The notes under the pieces are model-generated. The model was given only the letters and a program-made list of their open reading frames with translations. It was not told the DNA's origin and made no database searches. This document shows, piece by piece, positions 10,378 to 20,457 of a DNA stretch of 64,000 nucleotides. Within the stretch, counting starts at the first letter, position 1. Every line of letters starts with the position of its first letter. The translations under genes and the position numbers were made by a program. The DNA comes from an uncultured Candidatus Rokubacteria bacterium (GTDB lineage: Bacteria > Methylomirabilota > Methylomirabilia > Rokubacteriales > CSP1-6), in contig CAVWFS010000019.1 of NCBI GenBank assembly GCA_963754315.1, forward strand, positions 448,001-512,000, read 5' to 3'.

Positions 10378-11402
10378 CACCAGCGCAACAACGCTCCTTC
10401 CGCGGCAAAGCCGGGGCCGAGGCCGATCATGAGCCCCCATTCACCGGGAATCGGCTGAGCCGTCCGTAAGGTCTCCTCCAGCACGAAGAGGATGGTCGCC
10501 GAGGACATGTTGCCGTACTGCCGCAGCACGTGGCGAGAGGCCGCCACCTGCTCCTCGGTGAGGTCGAGGACCGTGAGCGCACGATCGATCACGTGACGAC
10601 CGGCCGAGTGGAGGATCCAGTACCCGATGTCATCGTGCTTGAGTCCTTGCACGCTCATCATCACGGCCGCCATCTCGCCCATCATCGACGATCCGATGCG
10701 GCGGACGTCCTTGGAGAGAACAACACGAGGCCGGCCGCCGGGATAGTCGAAGCCCATGGCGTCGAGGTGCTCGGGACGGAACAACGTTCGGTGGGCAATG
10801 ACGCTCGGGCCCGGACCCGTGGCGGACAGGGCGACGGCCGCGGCCCCGTCGGCAAAGATGGCGTGCGCCACCGCGCTTTCCAGTCGGTCGTCGTCGTAAT
10901 ACGCTGCCGAGCAGATCTCGACCGCGAGCACGAGCGCCTTGTGATCCGGAAAGGCCTGAAGATGATTCCACGCCTGCTGCATCGCCACCATCGCCGACGC
11001 ACAACCGGTGTCGCCAATGTGGGCGCGCTGGATATCGCGGCGGCAGCCGAGCCTGCCCACGAGGTGCGCGTCCAGGCTCGGCGTCAGGCGACCCGTGCAC
11101 GTTGTGGTGGCCAGGAAGTCGAGATCGTCGGGTGTCCATCCGGCCGCCGCCAGCGCGCGGCGCACGGCGGCCTCGCCGATCTCGAGCGCGCCGCGGCGGA
11201 ACCGATCGTTCAGCTCATCCACCGTTTCCCGGCCATCGAAGGTTGCGGGGTCGAGGTAGAGATAGCGGCCCTCGATATCGCTGTGCCCGAAGAAACCTAG
11301 ACGCGCGGGGTCCGCGTAGCGGGCCAGGCGCAAGATATCGTCCTGAGTGAAGCGCGTCGCGGGCGTGGCGGAGGCGACAGCATTGACCCTGGGCAGGATC
11401 AT
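10377..11402 (-). CDS. Type III polyketide synthase (chalcone synthase-like)
   Basis: Cys-His-Asn triad in TGCAS, ILHSAG and YGNMSS; also FADGAAA and GPGF. RBS GAGGAGG before ATG 11402. Confidence 0.92.
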   Translation of the reverse strand: MILPRVNAVASATPATRFTQDDILRLARYADPARLGFFGHSDIEGRYLYLDPATFDGRETVDELNDRFRRGALEIGEAAVRRALAAAGWTPDDLDFLATTTCTGRLTPSLDAHLVGRLGCRRDIQRAHIGDTGCASAMVAMQQAWNHLQAFPDHKALVLAVEICSAAYYDDDRLESAVAHAIFADGAAAVALSATGPGPSVIAHRTLFRPEHLDAMGFDYPGGRPRVVLSKDVRRIGSSMMGEMAAVMMSVQGLKHDDIGYWILHSAGRHVIDRALTVLDLTEEQVAASRHVLRQYGNMSSATILFVLEETLRTAQPIPGEWGLMIGLGPGFAAEGALLRW

Positions 11403-11473
11403 CCGATCCTCCTCGCGCGGAAAACCCGCGCTAAGATGGCTACGACATCGAGCATACTGCGAGGGCGCACCGC

Positions 11474-11998
11474 ATGCCACTGTTCAGCTTCGAGGGAAAG
11501 CAGCCTGAAGTTCATCCGTCGGCCTTCATCGCGCCGACGGCGGTGTTGATCGGTGACGTCACGGTCGAGGAGCGCGCGTCTGTCTGGTACAACGCGATTC
11601 TTCGGGGCGACTTCTCGCCGATTGTCGTTCGACGCGGCGCCAATGTGCAGGACGGCTCGGTGATTCACGTGACACCGGGCACCGGCACCGAGATCGGTGC
11701 GGGCGCGACGATCGGTCATCTGTGTGTCATTCACGCAGCGCTCATCGGAGAGGAAGCGTTGATCGGCAATGGCGCCACCGTCCTCGACGGCGCCAAGGTG
11801 GGCGCGCGCGCGATGGTGGCAGCGGGGGCGCTGGTCACGCCAGGAAGGGAGATTCCCGACGGGATGCTCGCGGTCGGCGTTCCAGCGAAGGTACGCGGCC
11901 CGGTGGCAGGCACCCCCGCGGAACGCTGGGTGAAGGTTAACCCAGAGGTCTACCAGGCCCTCGCCCAGCGCCACAAGGCAAGCATCGTCGCGCTCTGA
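11474..11998 (+). CDS. Gamma carbonic anhydrase family protein (PaaY/YrdA-like)
   Basis: Hexapeptide repeats; LRGD, NVQDGSVIH and IGH.C.IH. Confidence 0.9.
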   Translation: MPLFSFEGKQPEVHPSAFIAPTAVLIGDVTVEERASVWYNAILRGDFSPIVVRRGANVQDGSVIHVTPGTGTEIGAGATIGHLCVIHAALIGEEALIGNGATVLDGAKVGARAMVAAGALVTPGREIPDGMLAVGVPAKVRGPVAGTPAERWVKVNPEVYQALAQRHKASIVAL

Positions 11999-12009
11999 GC
12001 ACGGGTGTC

Positions 12010-12624
12010 ATGGGGACCATCCTGCTCACCGGCTTCGAACCATTCGCCGACGACCTCGCCAACCCATCGCAAGAGATCACCAAGGTTCTTGATGGCCGTC
12101 AGGTGGGGGCCTGCGCGGTGCGGGGCATCGTCCTTCCCGTCGAGCATACGTCCGCGCGCGCGCGGATGGCCGTCGCGCTGCGTGATCCAGAGCTGGTCGG
12201 CGTGATGCACGTCGGGCTGGCCGGTGGACGGGCACGCATCGCCCTCGAGCAGGTCGCGGTCAACGTGATGGACTACTCGATACCCGACGCGAAGGGTCGG
12301 CGATTTGCGGGCGAGCCATGCGTCATGGGCGGACCGGCCGCCTACCTCAGCACGCTTCCCAATCGGGCCATCCTCACGGCGCTGACAGCCGACGGCGTGC
12401 CCGGGTATCTCTCGTACACGGCGGGGACCTACCTCTGCAACCAGACGCTCTACTGGACACTCCACGAGATCGCGCAGCGCGGCCTGGCCGTGCGCGCGGG
12501 GTTCATGCACGTGCCCTTCGTGCCCTCGATGGTCGCTGCCCACGGCCTCGACGAGCCGAGCATGGAGCTCTCGACGATGGTCCGCGCGGCGGAGATCATC
12601 CTGCGGGTGGTGGCCGCAGGATAG
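12010..12624 (+). CDS. pcp: Pyroglutamyl-peptidase I
   Basis: ILLTGFEPF, NPS, AGTYLCN and GFMHVP. Confidence 0.92.
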   Translation: MGTILLTGFEPFADDLANPSQEITKVLDGRQVGACAVRGIVLPVEHTSARARMAVALRDPELVGVMHVGLAGGRARIALEQVAVNVMDYSIPDAKGRRFAGEPCVMGGPAAYLSTLPNRAILTALTADGVPGYLSYTAGTYLCNQTLYWTLHEIAQRGLAVRAGFMHVPFVPSMVAAHGLDEPSMELSTMVRAAEIILRVVAAG

Positions 12625-13800
12625 TCAGTCCTTGGGCAAGCCGAGCACGCGCTCGCCCAGGATGTTGCGGAGAATCTCGGTGGTGCCGGCGCGAATCCCG
12701 CTGCCGCGCGCGAGCAGCTCGTAGAACTCCCACTGCCCGTCGTCGGGCGCCCACGGTCCCTCGCAGATCTGCGAGTACTGTCCGAGAATCTCGGTGGCCA
12801 CCAGGGCAAGCTCCTGGTCGATCTGGCTCCAGTGGAGCTTGGCGATCGAACCTTCCGGTCCGGGCGCCCCACCCTTCAGAATACGGGTCAGGCCGCGGTA
12901 CCCATTGAGCTTCAACGCCTGCTCGCCGATGACGATGCTGGCGATCCGCTGTCGCAGCACCGGATCATGGGCCTGGCCGCGATCCCGAGCGAGCTTGATC
13001 AGCCGTGACACCGCCGTCTGCAGCGAGATGTGACGGATGTGGGTGAGCAGGTCGCGCTCGTACGCGAGCGTGTGGATGGCCACCGCCCAGCCCTCGTTCA
13101 GGGTGCCGACCAAATTGTCCACGGGAATCCGCACGTTGTCGTAGAAGACCTCGTTGAACTCCGCCTCCCCGGTGATCTGCCGCAGCGGCCGCACGCTGAT
13201 TCCCGGTGTCTTCATGTCGACGAGGAGAAAGCTGATTCCCTTGTGCTTGGCGGCCTGGGGATCGGTCCGGACCAGCAGAAAACACCAGTCGGCCACGTGC
13301 CCCATGCTGGTCCACACCTTCTGACCATTGACGATGAAGACGTCGCCCTCTCGCACGGCTCGCGTCTGGAGGTTGGCGAGATCAGAACCTGCGTTCGGCT
13401 CCGAGAAGCCCTGACACCAGAGGTGTTCGGCGGTGAGGATGCGGGGAAGAAAGCGCTCCCGCTGGGCCGGGGTACCGTATTTCATCAGGGTCGGCCCCAG
13501 CATGGAGAGTCCGCCTCGGTTGACGAGTTGAGGCGACTCGGCGCGAGCCATCTCTTGATAGAGGATGATCTGCTCGACGAGGGGCGCCCCTCGGCCTCCG
13601 AACTCGCGTGGCCAGTCCATCCCGACGTAGCCGGCCTCGTACATCCTGCGCTGCCAGGCCCGGAGCTGGGCCACCTCTTCCAGGTTGGCGCGCGAGGCGG
13701 CAAAGCCGCGCCCACGGAGGCTCTCCGGCAAGTTCTGCTCGAGCCATTGCCGAACTTCCTTCCGAAATGCTTCCTGGCCCTCACTGAAGTCGAAGTCCAT
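12625..13800 (-). CDS. Acyl-CoA dehydrogenase
   Basis: WCQGFSEPNAGSDLA, NGQKVWTS, FNEVFYD and AGTTEILRN. Confidence 0.93.
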   Translation of the reverse strand: MDFDFSEGQEAFRKEVRQWLEQNLPESLRGRGFAASRANLEEVAQLRAWQRRMYEAGYVGMDWPREFGGRGAPLVEQIILYQEMARAESPQLVNRGGLSMLGPTLMKYGTPAQRERFLPRILTAEHLWCQGFSEPNAGSDLANLQTRAVREGDVFIVNGQKVWTSMGHVADWCFLLVRTDPQAAKHKGISFLLVDMKTPGISVRPLRQITGEAEFNEVFYDNVRIPVDNLVGTLNEGWAVAIHTLAYERDLLTHIRHISLQTAVSRLIKLARDRGQAHDPVLRQRIASIVIGEQALKLNGYRGLTRILKGGAPGPEGSIAKLHWSQIDQELALVATEILGQYSQICEGPWAPDDGQWEFYELLARGSGIRAGTTEILRNILGERVLGLPKD

Positions 13801-13901
13801 GCCATGCGCCTCTCGTTACCGTCTGGCCCTCATCACACCATGCCCCCCCTGACCCCGCAAGGGCATGGGCAGGCGAGATCCGGTAGCCGGCGGTGCAGAG
13901 C

Positions 13902-14816
13902 CTAGTCGCGTTGACGCCGAGCCGTCGCCAGGAGCTCTCGCAAGTTCCCGTCGTGTCGACGAAGGGTAGCCCGGGCCCCCCGAGCCGATTGCCCTGTGTG
14001 CGCCATCACGATGGCTAGCCGCGCCCGACCGGCAGCGTCGGCCAGGGCGCGCCGGGCGCGACCTCGAGTCACGCCGGCGACCTCCTCCACCAGACGCACC
14101 GCGCGCGCGCTCAGCTTCCGGGAGCGGGGCTGTAGATCGACCATGCGGTTCTCGTAGACCTTCCCGAGCCTCACCATCGTAGCGGTGGTCAAGATGTTGA
14201 GCACGAGCTTGGTGGTTGTCCCCGCCTTGAGCCTGGTGGAACCGGTCACCACTTCGGGCCCCGGGATCGGCGCGATCACGACTTCGGCCAGCCCGCGTGA
14301 TACTCCGGGATTACAGGACACCAGCACCGTACGGGCGCCCGCGCGGCGGGCAACGACCAGCACGGCCCGGACGAAGGCCGTCATCCCGCTGGCCGAGATC
14401 CCCACCACGACGTCACCGGCCCGCAGTCTGCGCCCGGCGAGGCGGCCCGCGACGACGTCGTCCTCGGCTCCCTCCCGGGAGCGAAAGACGGCGCCCCGCC
14501 CACCCGCCATGATCGCCTGCACCAGCCGTGGAGGTGTCCCAAAGGTCGGCGGACATTCGGCTGCCTCGAGAACACCGAGGCGGCCGCTCGTCCCGGCGCC
14601 GACAAAGAAGAGGCGCCCCCCACCACGAAGCGAGGCCACGATGACGTCGATACCCCGGGCCAGCGCGGGAAGCACCCGTCGCACCGCCTCCGCCGGGCGC
14701 CGATCCTCTCGATTCATGAGGCGCGCGACCTCAAGCGCACTCATTCTGTCAAGGGCGCGCGCTGCGCGATTCGGGTGCTCGGTCGCGAGACGTTCGTAGC
14801 GTTGAGTCCGCGCCAT
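13902..14816 (-). CDS. murQ: N-acetylmuramic acid 6-phosphate etherase
   Basis: GAGTSGRLGVLEAAECPPTF, EGAED, GPEVVTGSTRLKAGT and GKVYENRMVD. Confidence 0.93.
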   Translation of the reverse strand: MARTQRYERLATEHPNRAARALDRMSALEVARLMNREDRRPAEAVRRVLPALARGIDVIVASLRGGGRLFFVGAGTSGRLGVLEAAECPPTFGTPPRLVQAIMAGGRGAVFRSREGAEDDVVAGRLAGRRLRAGDVVVGISASGMTAFVRAVLVVARRAGARTVLVSCNPGVSRGLAEVVIAPIPGPEVVTGSTRLKAGTTTKLVLNILTTATMVRLGKVYENRMVDLQPRSRKLSARAVRLVEEVAGVTRGRARRALADAAGRARLAIVMAHTGQSARGARATLRRHDGNLRELLATARRQRD

Positions 14817-14860
14817 GCGCCCATTCTAACGGGGTGCCCGCGTCTTGCTACCATCGGGCT

Positions 14861-16030
14861 ATGCACGTCGAAACAGGCCTCCACGTTCTCGCTCACCATC
14901 GCACGGCGCTCCTGCGCGGCCAGCGATTCGCTCTGCTCTCACACCAGGCCTCCGTTGATGGCCGACTCGAACACGCCATCCCGCTTCTCAGGAGGGCACC
15001 GGGCGCACGGCTCGCCGCCCTCATGGCCCCCGAGCACGGAATCTGGGGTGCGCCGCAGGATCACATTCACATCACCGCCGAGGTCGATCCCGTCACCATG
15101 TTGCCCGTCCACAGCCTCTACGGCACGAGACGGACACCCACCTCGAAGATGCTGCGCGGACTCGACGCGTTAGTCGTCGACCTCCAAGACGTCGGGTCGC
15201 GCTATTACACGTTCGTATGGACGATGGTGCTGAGCATGCAGGCATGCGCTGCCGTGGGGGTACGCGTGATCGTGCTGGATCGGCCAAATCCGCTCGGCGG
15301 ACTTCTGACGGAAGGCAACTGGCCTGACCCGCGCTTCGCCTCGTTCGTCGGCCTGTATCCCCTTCCCATACGCCACGGCATGACCATCGGCGAGCTGGCC
15401 GGTTATCTCAACACCACGCACGGCTTCGGGTGCGACCTGACGGTGGTACCGATGCGCGGGTGGCGCCGGCACATGCTGTGGGAGGACACGGGGCTCTCCT
15501 GGGTCGCGCCGTCCCCCAACATGCCGACCCCCGATACCGCGCGGGTTTACCCTGGAGGCTGCCTGATCGAGGGGACCAACCTATCGGAAGGACGGGGCAC
15601 AACGCGGCCCTTCGAGCTGGTCGGGGCGCCATTCCTCGACGCACAGGAGTACGCCAAGGCACTCACACGCCTCGGTCTTCCGGGTGTCCGCTTCCGGGCC
15701 GCCCGCTTTCGGCCGACGTTTCACAAGTGGGCCCGCCAACTTTGCGGTGGCGTTCAAGTTCACGTGACCGACGCGGCGCGCTTCCGGCCGTTTCTCACCG
15801 GCCTCGGGCTGATCGCCGCCGCGCGCGTGCTCGCGCCTCGAGGTTTCGCGTGGCGTCAACCTCCCTACGAGTTCGAACACCGGCGACGCCCCTTCGATAT
15901 CCTATGCGGCACCGATACCATTCGCCGAGCTCTGGAGCGAGGGCGTCCGCTCGCCGCGCTGGAGAAGCAGTGGCGCAGACCTTTGGCCACCTGGATGCGA
16001 GCGCGCCGCCGCTTTCTGCTGTACACGTGA
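14861..16030 (+). CDS. namZ: Exo-beta-N-acetylmuramidase (DUF1343/NamZ family)
   Basis: PEHG, DLQDVGSRYYTF, LDRPNP, RHGMTIGELA and SEGRGTTRPFE. Confidence 0.88.
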   Translation: MHVETGLHVLAHHRTALLRGQRFALLSHQASVDGRLEHAIPLLRRAPGARLAALMAPEHGIWGAPQDHIHITAEVDPVTMLPVHSLYGTRRTPTSKMLRGLDALVVDLQDVGSRYYTFVWTMVLSMQACAAVGVRVIVLDRPNPLGGLLTEGNWPDPRFASFVGLYPLPIRHGMTIGELAGYLNTTHGFGCDLTVVPMRGWRRHMLWEDTGLSWVAPSPNMPTPDTARVYPGGCLIEGTNLSEGRGTTRPFELVGAPFLDAQEYAKALTRLGLPGVRFRAARFRPTFHKWARQLCGGVQVHVTDAARFRPFLTGLGLIAAARVLAPRGFAWRQPPYEFEHRRRPFDILCGTDTIRRALERGRPLAALEKQWRRPLATWMRARRRFLLYT

Positions 16031-16055
16031 GCATGCGCTGGTACCCGCGACCGGT

Positions 16056-16595
16056 TTAGCCCGTGTACCCGCGCCCGCGCATGCACGCCGCATACGCGTC
16101 GCGATACCGCTCGTCGTAGCGGCGATTCTCGTTGAGACCGTAGAGGGTTCCACCCCCAGCGCCGACGACGCCCCCGATGGCTGCCCCCGTGCCCGCCCCC
16201 TTTCCACCGCCTGCGATGGCACCACCAGCCGCACCGGCCGCGGCTCCCGCCACGGCGCCGATCACCCCATCCTTGACCACTTCCATGGTCTTGTCATGCG
16301 CGCCGACCTGCCTCACCGCCTGCTGGTTACAGGCATCGACAACTGCCTGCGATGGAACGCTCGGCGTTGCGGCCACCGATCGCGGCGCCGCCGCGCGAGC
16401 CACCGGCGCCGTTTTCACCGGTGCGCTCGGCGCCGGGGCCGGCGCCATCTTCTGACCTTGCGCCGCGGACCCAGCCGCATCCGGCCTGGGCCCGGTCCAG
16501 TTCGCCACCACGAGACCGGTCACGAGCGCAACTCCGATCGATATCAACAACCCTATGGTCGTCGCCTTCCAGGGGTTCCAGCCGCTGTTCGTCAT
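16056..16595 (-). CDS. Glycine-zipper membrane/exported protein
   Basis: RBS CAGGAGG before ATG 16595. TM segment, Pro/Ala linker, glycine zipper GAVAGAAAGAAGGAIAG and C-terminal Y..CM..RGY. Confidence 0.75.
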   Translation of the reverse strand: MTNSGWNPWKATTIGLLISIGVALVTGLVVANWTGPRPDAAGSAAQGQKMAPAPAPSAPVKTAPVARAAAPRSVAATPSVPSQAVVDACNQQAVRQVGAHDKTMEVVKDGVIGAVAGAAAGAAGGAIAGGGKGAGTGAAIGGVVGAGGGTLYGLNENRRYDERYRDAYAACMRGRGYTG

Positions 16596-16619
16596 GCGCG
16601 CCTCCTGACGTTGGTTGAC

Positions 16620-16635
16620 AGCAGCCGCCATGCCA
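16620..16635 (-). promoter_or_regulatory. Putative sigma54 (-24/-12) promoter of the glycine-zipper gene
   Basis: Minus strand reads TGGCATGGCGGCTGCT (GG-N10-GC), 25 nt upstream of the start and divergent from a sigma54 activator gene. Confidence 0.55.
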
Positions 16636-16774
16636 TGCGACCGATGCCGAAAGGGGCGCACTGACTCGAACTTGCCGCATCGAGCGCCAAAATCGAGGTG
16701 AGAAGAATCTTCCCGACTGTGACGTTCCTGCACGCTTGCCACCCGCAAGATGCACGCAGGGCGTCACGCGTTCG

Positions 16775-16791
16775 CTGGCGTGATTCTTGCG
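16775..16791 (+). promoter_or_regulatory. Putative sigma54 (-24/-12) promoter of the regulator operon
   Basis: CTGGCGTGATTCTTGCG matches TGGC-N7-TTGC (GG-N10-GC). Confidence 0.55.
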
Positions 16792-16856
16792 GCCGTACAA
16801 TCTAGCGCGACACGCGCGTTACTGGCATCATGCTGGCTGGCCTTCGAGAATCCCCA

Positions 16857-18209
16857 ATGGCTCGACGTATTCTCGTCGTGGACGACGACGCTGCCACCCG
16901 GAGTGGGCTCGGGACACTGCTTTCGAGCTGGGGCTACGAGGTTGAATCAGCGGCCGATGGGGAGGAGGCCCTCGCCAAGGCTGGTTTGTTCCATCCCGCT
17001 GTGGTCATCACCGACCTCGTCATGCCCAGGCTCGACGGCATGGACCTCCTGCACGCGCTGCGGCGGGATACTCCGTCCACCACCGTCATCCTCTTGACAG
17101 CACATGGCACCATCGAGACGGCGGTCAGCGCGGTCAAGGACGGGGCCTATGATTATTTGACCAAGCCGGTCGACCTGGGCCGCTTGCGATTGCTGATCGA
17201 GAAGGCGCTCGAGCGCTGGGAGGCACTCAGCGAGGTCACCCTGCTCAGACGGAGAGTCCAGGAGATCTGGGGCCTGGGTCGCCTCGTAGGGAAGAGCGCT
17301 GCCATGCAGGAAATCTACCGGCTCATCGAGCTGGCCGGCCCCACGACCGCCCCCGTCCTCATCTGGGGAGAGAGCGGGACCGGCAAGGAACTGGTCGCAC
17401 GGACGCTTCACGATCGCTCGGCGCGCGCGGGAGGACCCTTCGTAGCCGTGAACTGCGCCGCCATCCCGGAGACCCTCTTGGAGAGCGAGATCTTCGGTCA
17501 CGAGCGAGGTGCCTTCACCGGTGCCTTCGAACGGCGACTGGGCTGCTTCGAGCTGGCCGACAATGGCACGCTCTTCCTCGACGAGATCGCTGAGATGAGC
17601 CCCGCCACCCAGGCGAAGTTTCTGCGAATCCTTCAGGAGGGGACGGTACGGCGGCTCGGAGCGAAGGCCGAGATTGCCGTGGACGTACGCGTGCTGGCGG
17701 CCACCAACAAAGATCCCGTGAAGGCCGTCAAGGACGGGCTCTTCCGAGAGGATCTCTTCTATCGGCTGAACGTCTTCGGCATCGCGCTCCCCCCGCTCCG
17801 ACAGCGGCCCGAGGATATCTTGCTCTTGATCGACGCGTTCCTGGAGGAACTGAACGGGCGTTACGGCCGCCAGGTCAAATCCGTGGACGAGGAGGCACGC
17901 CGGCTCCTCCTCGAGTGCCCGTGGCCTGGCAACGCGCGCGAGCTGCGCAATACGCTCGAGCGCGCGGTCGTGATGTGCGATGCTGAGCTCATCGGCGTCC
18001 GTCACCTACCGCGCGAGCTTCCTCTCGTGACGCGGCCCGGTCCAACCTGCCCCGGGCACGCCTCGGTCGGGATCTCGCTCGACGACGCCGAGAAGGAGCT
18101 GATTCTCAGTACGCTAGCCTCCGTGGGAGGTAACAAGACGCGCGCAGCGGAGATCCTGGGCATCAGCGTCAGAACACTCCACAACAAACTCCACCGCTAC
18201 CGGGCGTAG
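16857..18209 (+). CDS. Sigma54-dependent NtrC/AtoC-family response regulator
   Basis: Receiver domain (ILVVDDD..DLVMP), [22 protein letters not shown] and Fis-type HTH. Confidence 0.95.
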   Translation: MARRILVVDDDAATRSGLGTLLSSWGYEVESAADGEEALAKAGLFHPAVVITDLVMPRLDGMDLLHALRRDTPSTTVILLTAHGTIETAVSAVKDGAYDYLTKPVDLGRLRLLIEKALERWEALSEVTLLRRRVQEIWGLGRLVGKSAAMQEIYRLIELAGPTTAPVLIWGESGTGKELVARTLHDRSARAGGPFVAVNCAAIPETLLESEIFGHERGAFTGAFERRLGCFELADNGTLFLDEIAEMSPATQAKFLRILQEGTVRRLGAKAEIAVDVRVLAATNKDPVKAVKDGLFREDLFYRLNVFGIALPPLRQRPEDILLLIDAFLEELNGRYGRQVKSVDEEARRLLLECPWPGNARELRNTLERAVVMCDAELIGVRHLPRELPLVTRPGPTCPGHASVGISLDDAEKELILSTLASVGGNKTRAAEILGISVRTLHNKLHRYRA

Positions 18210-18211
18210 GC

Positions 18212-20029
18212 GTGCGCGTCGGCATCCGCACCAAGGAAGCCGTCGCCATCACGCTGTTGACGTTCCTGGTGGCGGCGACCACGAGCCTCGTGCATCTGGC
18301 CCAGCTCGGCCGGGTGGTGGTGGAAGAAGAGACTCGACAGGCCGACCTCATCGCACGGCAGGTGTCCGCACAAGCCAACCGGGCCCTGGCCAGCACGCCA
18401 GGTCGTGACCCGCGGCGAATCCTGCGTCAAAGCCCCGAGCTCCGCGGTTTGCTCGACGCGACGGTCGGCATCTCGTCGAACCTGCTCGACGTCATGATCG
18501 CGGACCGGGAGGGGGTGGTGGTGGCGCATAGCGAGCGGCCGAAGGAGGGGGCCATGGCCCCGCGTCGGCTCGCGCTCGCCGAGCTTCTGGCGCTCGATCC
18601 TGTCCGCCGGCTCGTCACCCTGGCCCAGGGAGGCACGGTCTACGAGGCTTCGCTCCCCATCACGCTCAACGGCCAGCCGTTCGGAACCATCCGTCTCGGC
18701 ATCTCGACAACCCTCCTCCGGCGCGAACTGGGGGCCGCCCTGCGGCAAAGCCTGGTCGTGACCGGTGTCGCCATGGCGCTCGCGTGGCTCGTCGCCATGG
18801 CGCTGGCGCAAGTCATCTTGAGGCCGCTGCGCGCCCTCGTCCGTGACGTGGGACGCCTGCGACGCGGCGAACTCCTGGAAATAGCGCCCGGAAGCGAGGC
18901 CGTTCCCGGGAGCCGGGATGAGCTTGGAGAGCTGGCCGCCCAGCTGCGGCTGCTCGGCAAGCAGGTCGAGACCGACCGCGGGCGAATGCTCAGCGAGAAA
19001 TCGACCCTCCGACAAATGGTGGACCACCTCGAAGACGCCGTGATTTTCTTCAACCACGAGCATCGGGTGCTGTCCTTCAGCCGTTCTGCCGAGAGCATCC
19101 TGGGGGCATCACTAGAGGACGCGGTCGGCCGTGCCGTCGGGGATTTGCTCCCTGCCGTTCATCCCCTGCGCACCCTGTTGGCCGGCCCGCTCGACCGCGG
19201 CCCGACTCGCGCCCGCACGATCAGCCTCGTTGGCGACGACGGCGAGGCACGAGACTACCTGGTCTCGGTGTGGCCAGTCAGAGATGGGAGACGCCTCATC
19301 GGCGCCATGGTGCTGCTCCGGAACCTCCAGTCGATCCGGGGCGTGCAGTCCCTCATCAGCTACTCGGCCAAGCTGGCCGCGCTGGGCGGCCTTACCTCAG
19401 GCGTGACTCACGAGGTCAAGAATCCGCTCAACGCCATGATGATCCACCTCGAGATCGTGCGCTCCGGGCTGGGGCCTCGGAGCGATGAGGTGGGGCGCAG
19501 TCTGGAGGTCATCGGCGGGGAGATCCGTCGGCTCGACCGTGTGGTGCAGGGCTTCCTGAAGTTCGCGCGCCCTCAGGAGCTGAAGCTGACCGCTGTGGAT
19601 CTGAACGCGCTGTTGAGCAGCATCACCTCGCTGCTAGACGAGGAGTGGCGCCCGGCGGGCTTGCGCGTCGACCTCGCGCTCTGCCCAGGGCTGCCCGCGG
19701 TCACAGGCGACGAGGAGCTCCTTCGACAGGCCTTCTTCAACATCATCCAGAACGCCGGACAGGCCATGCCCGCGGGAGGAACGGCCACCATCTGCACCGT
19801 CCTCGACGAGAGTGGGAGCGTCTCCGTTCGTATCGCCGACGAGGGGGTGGGGATTCCCGCCGCCGATCTCGACAAGGTCTTCAAGCTCTACTACACGACG
19901 CGCCCCGACGGCAACGGCATCGGCCTCGCGCTCGTCTACCGTATCGTGCAGATGCACGACGGTAGCATCGCGTTGACCTCCGAGGTAGGCCGGGGGACGA
20001 CGGTGACGGTCAGCCTGCCGGCGACCTGA
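18212..20029 (+). CDS. Membrane sensor histidine kinase (HAMP-PAS-HisKA-HATPase)
   Basis: Two TM segments, H-box THEVKNPL, N-box NIIQNA, DEGVGI and GNGIGL. Confidence 0.93.
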   Translation: MRVGIRTKEAVAITLLTFLVAATTSLVHLAQLGRVVVEEETRQADLIARQVSAQANRALASTPGRDPRRILRQSPELRGLLDATVGISSNLLDVMIADREGVVVAHSERPKEGAMAPRRLALAELLALDPVRRLVTLAQGGTVYEASLPITLNGQPFGTIRLGISTTLLRRELGAALRQSLVVTGVAMALAWLVAMALAQVILRPLRALVRDVGRLRRGELLEIAPGSEAVPGSRDELGELAAQLRLLGKQVETDRGRMLSEKSTLRQMVDHLEDAVIFFNHEHRVLSFSRSAESILGASLEDAVGRAVGDLLPAVHPLRTLLAGPLDRGPTRARTISLVGDDGEARDYLVSVWPVRDGRRLIGAMVLLRNLQSIRGVQSLISYSAKLAALGGLTSGVTHEVKNPLNAMMIHLEIVRSGLGPRSDEVGRSLEVIGGEIRRLDRVVQGFLKFARPQELKLTAVDLNALLSSITSLLDEEWRPAGLRVDLALCPGLPAVTGDEELLRQAFFNIIQNAGQAMPAGGTATICTVLDESGSVSVRIADEGVGIPAADLDKVFKLYYTTRPDGNGIGLALVYRIVQMHDGSIALTSEVGRGTTVTVSLPAT

Positions 20030-20427
20030 TGCGCCTCGCCCATGCGATGGCCTGGCTGAGCATGCTTCCGGCGCTGGCGGGATGCGCCCAGCCGAAGCCG
20101 CCCTCCCCACCCCCACCCCGGCCCGCGTCGCCAAAATCGGTGCCGCCGCCCGCCCGGCCGCCCTCGGTGATCTCGCCCCAAACCAATCCCGAGGAGGAAC
20201 GCCGTCTCGTCCAGCTGACCACCACGAATCTCGACAGCGCGGAGCAGCGACTCAAGCAGCTCGGCAATCGGCGCCTGTCCGCCGAGCAGCAGGACACGGC
20301 CCAGACCATCCGGAGCTTCATCGTCAAGGCCCGTGAGGCCCTCGGAGCGAGCGACCTGGCCCGGGCCTCCACCCTGTCGGACAAAGCGCGCATCCTCGCC
20401 GACGAGCTCGCACGTAACGTGCGCTGA
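20029..20427 (+). CDS. Putative lipoprotein
   Basis: Lipobox LAGC, Pro-rich linker and helical domain. TGATG coupling to the kinase gene. Confidence 0.7.
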   Translation: MRLAHAMAWLSMLPALAGCAQPKPPSPPPPRPASPKSVPPPARPPSVISPQTNPEEERRLVQLTTTNLDSAEQRLKQLGNRRLSAEQQDTAQTIRSFIVKAREALGASDLARASTLSDKARILADELARNVR

Positions 20428-20457
20428 GTCGCGCGCTCCTCCGTTAGAATTCTCGAC

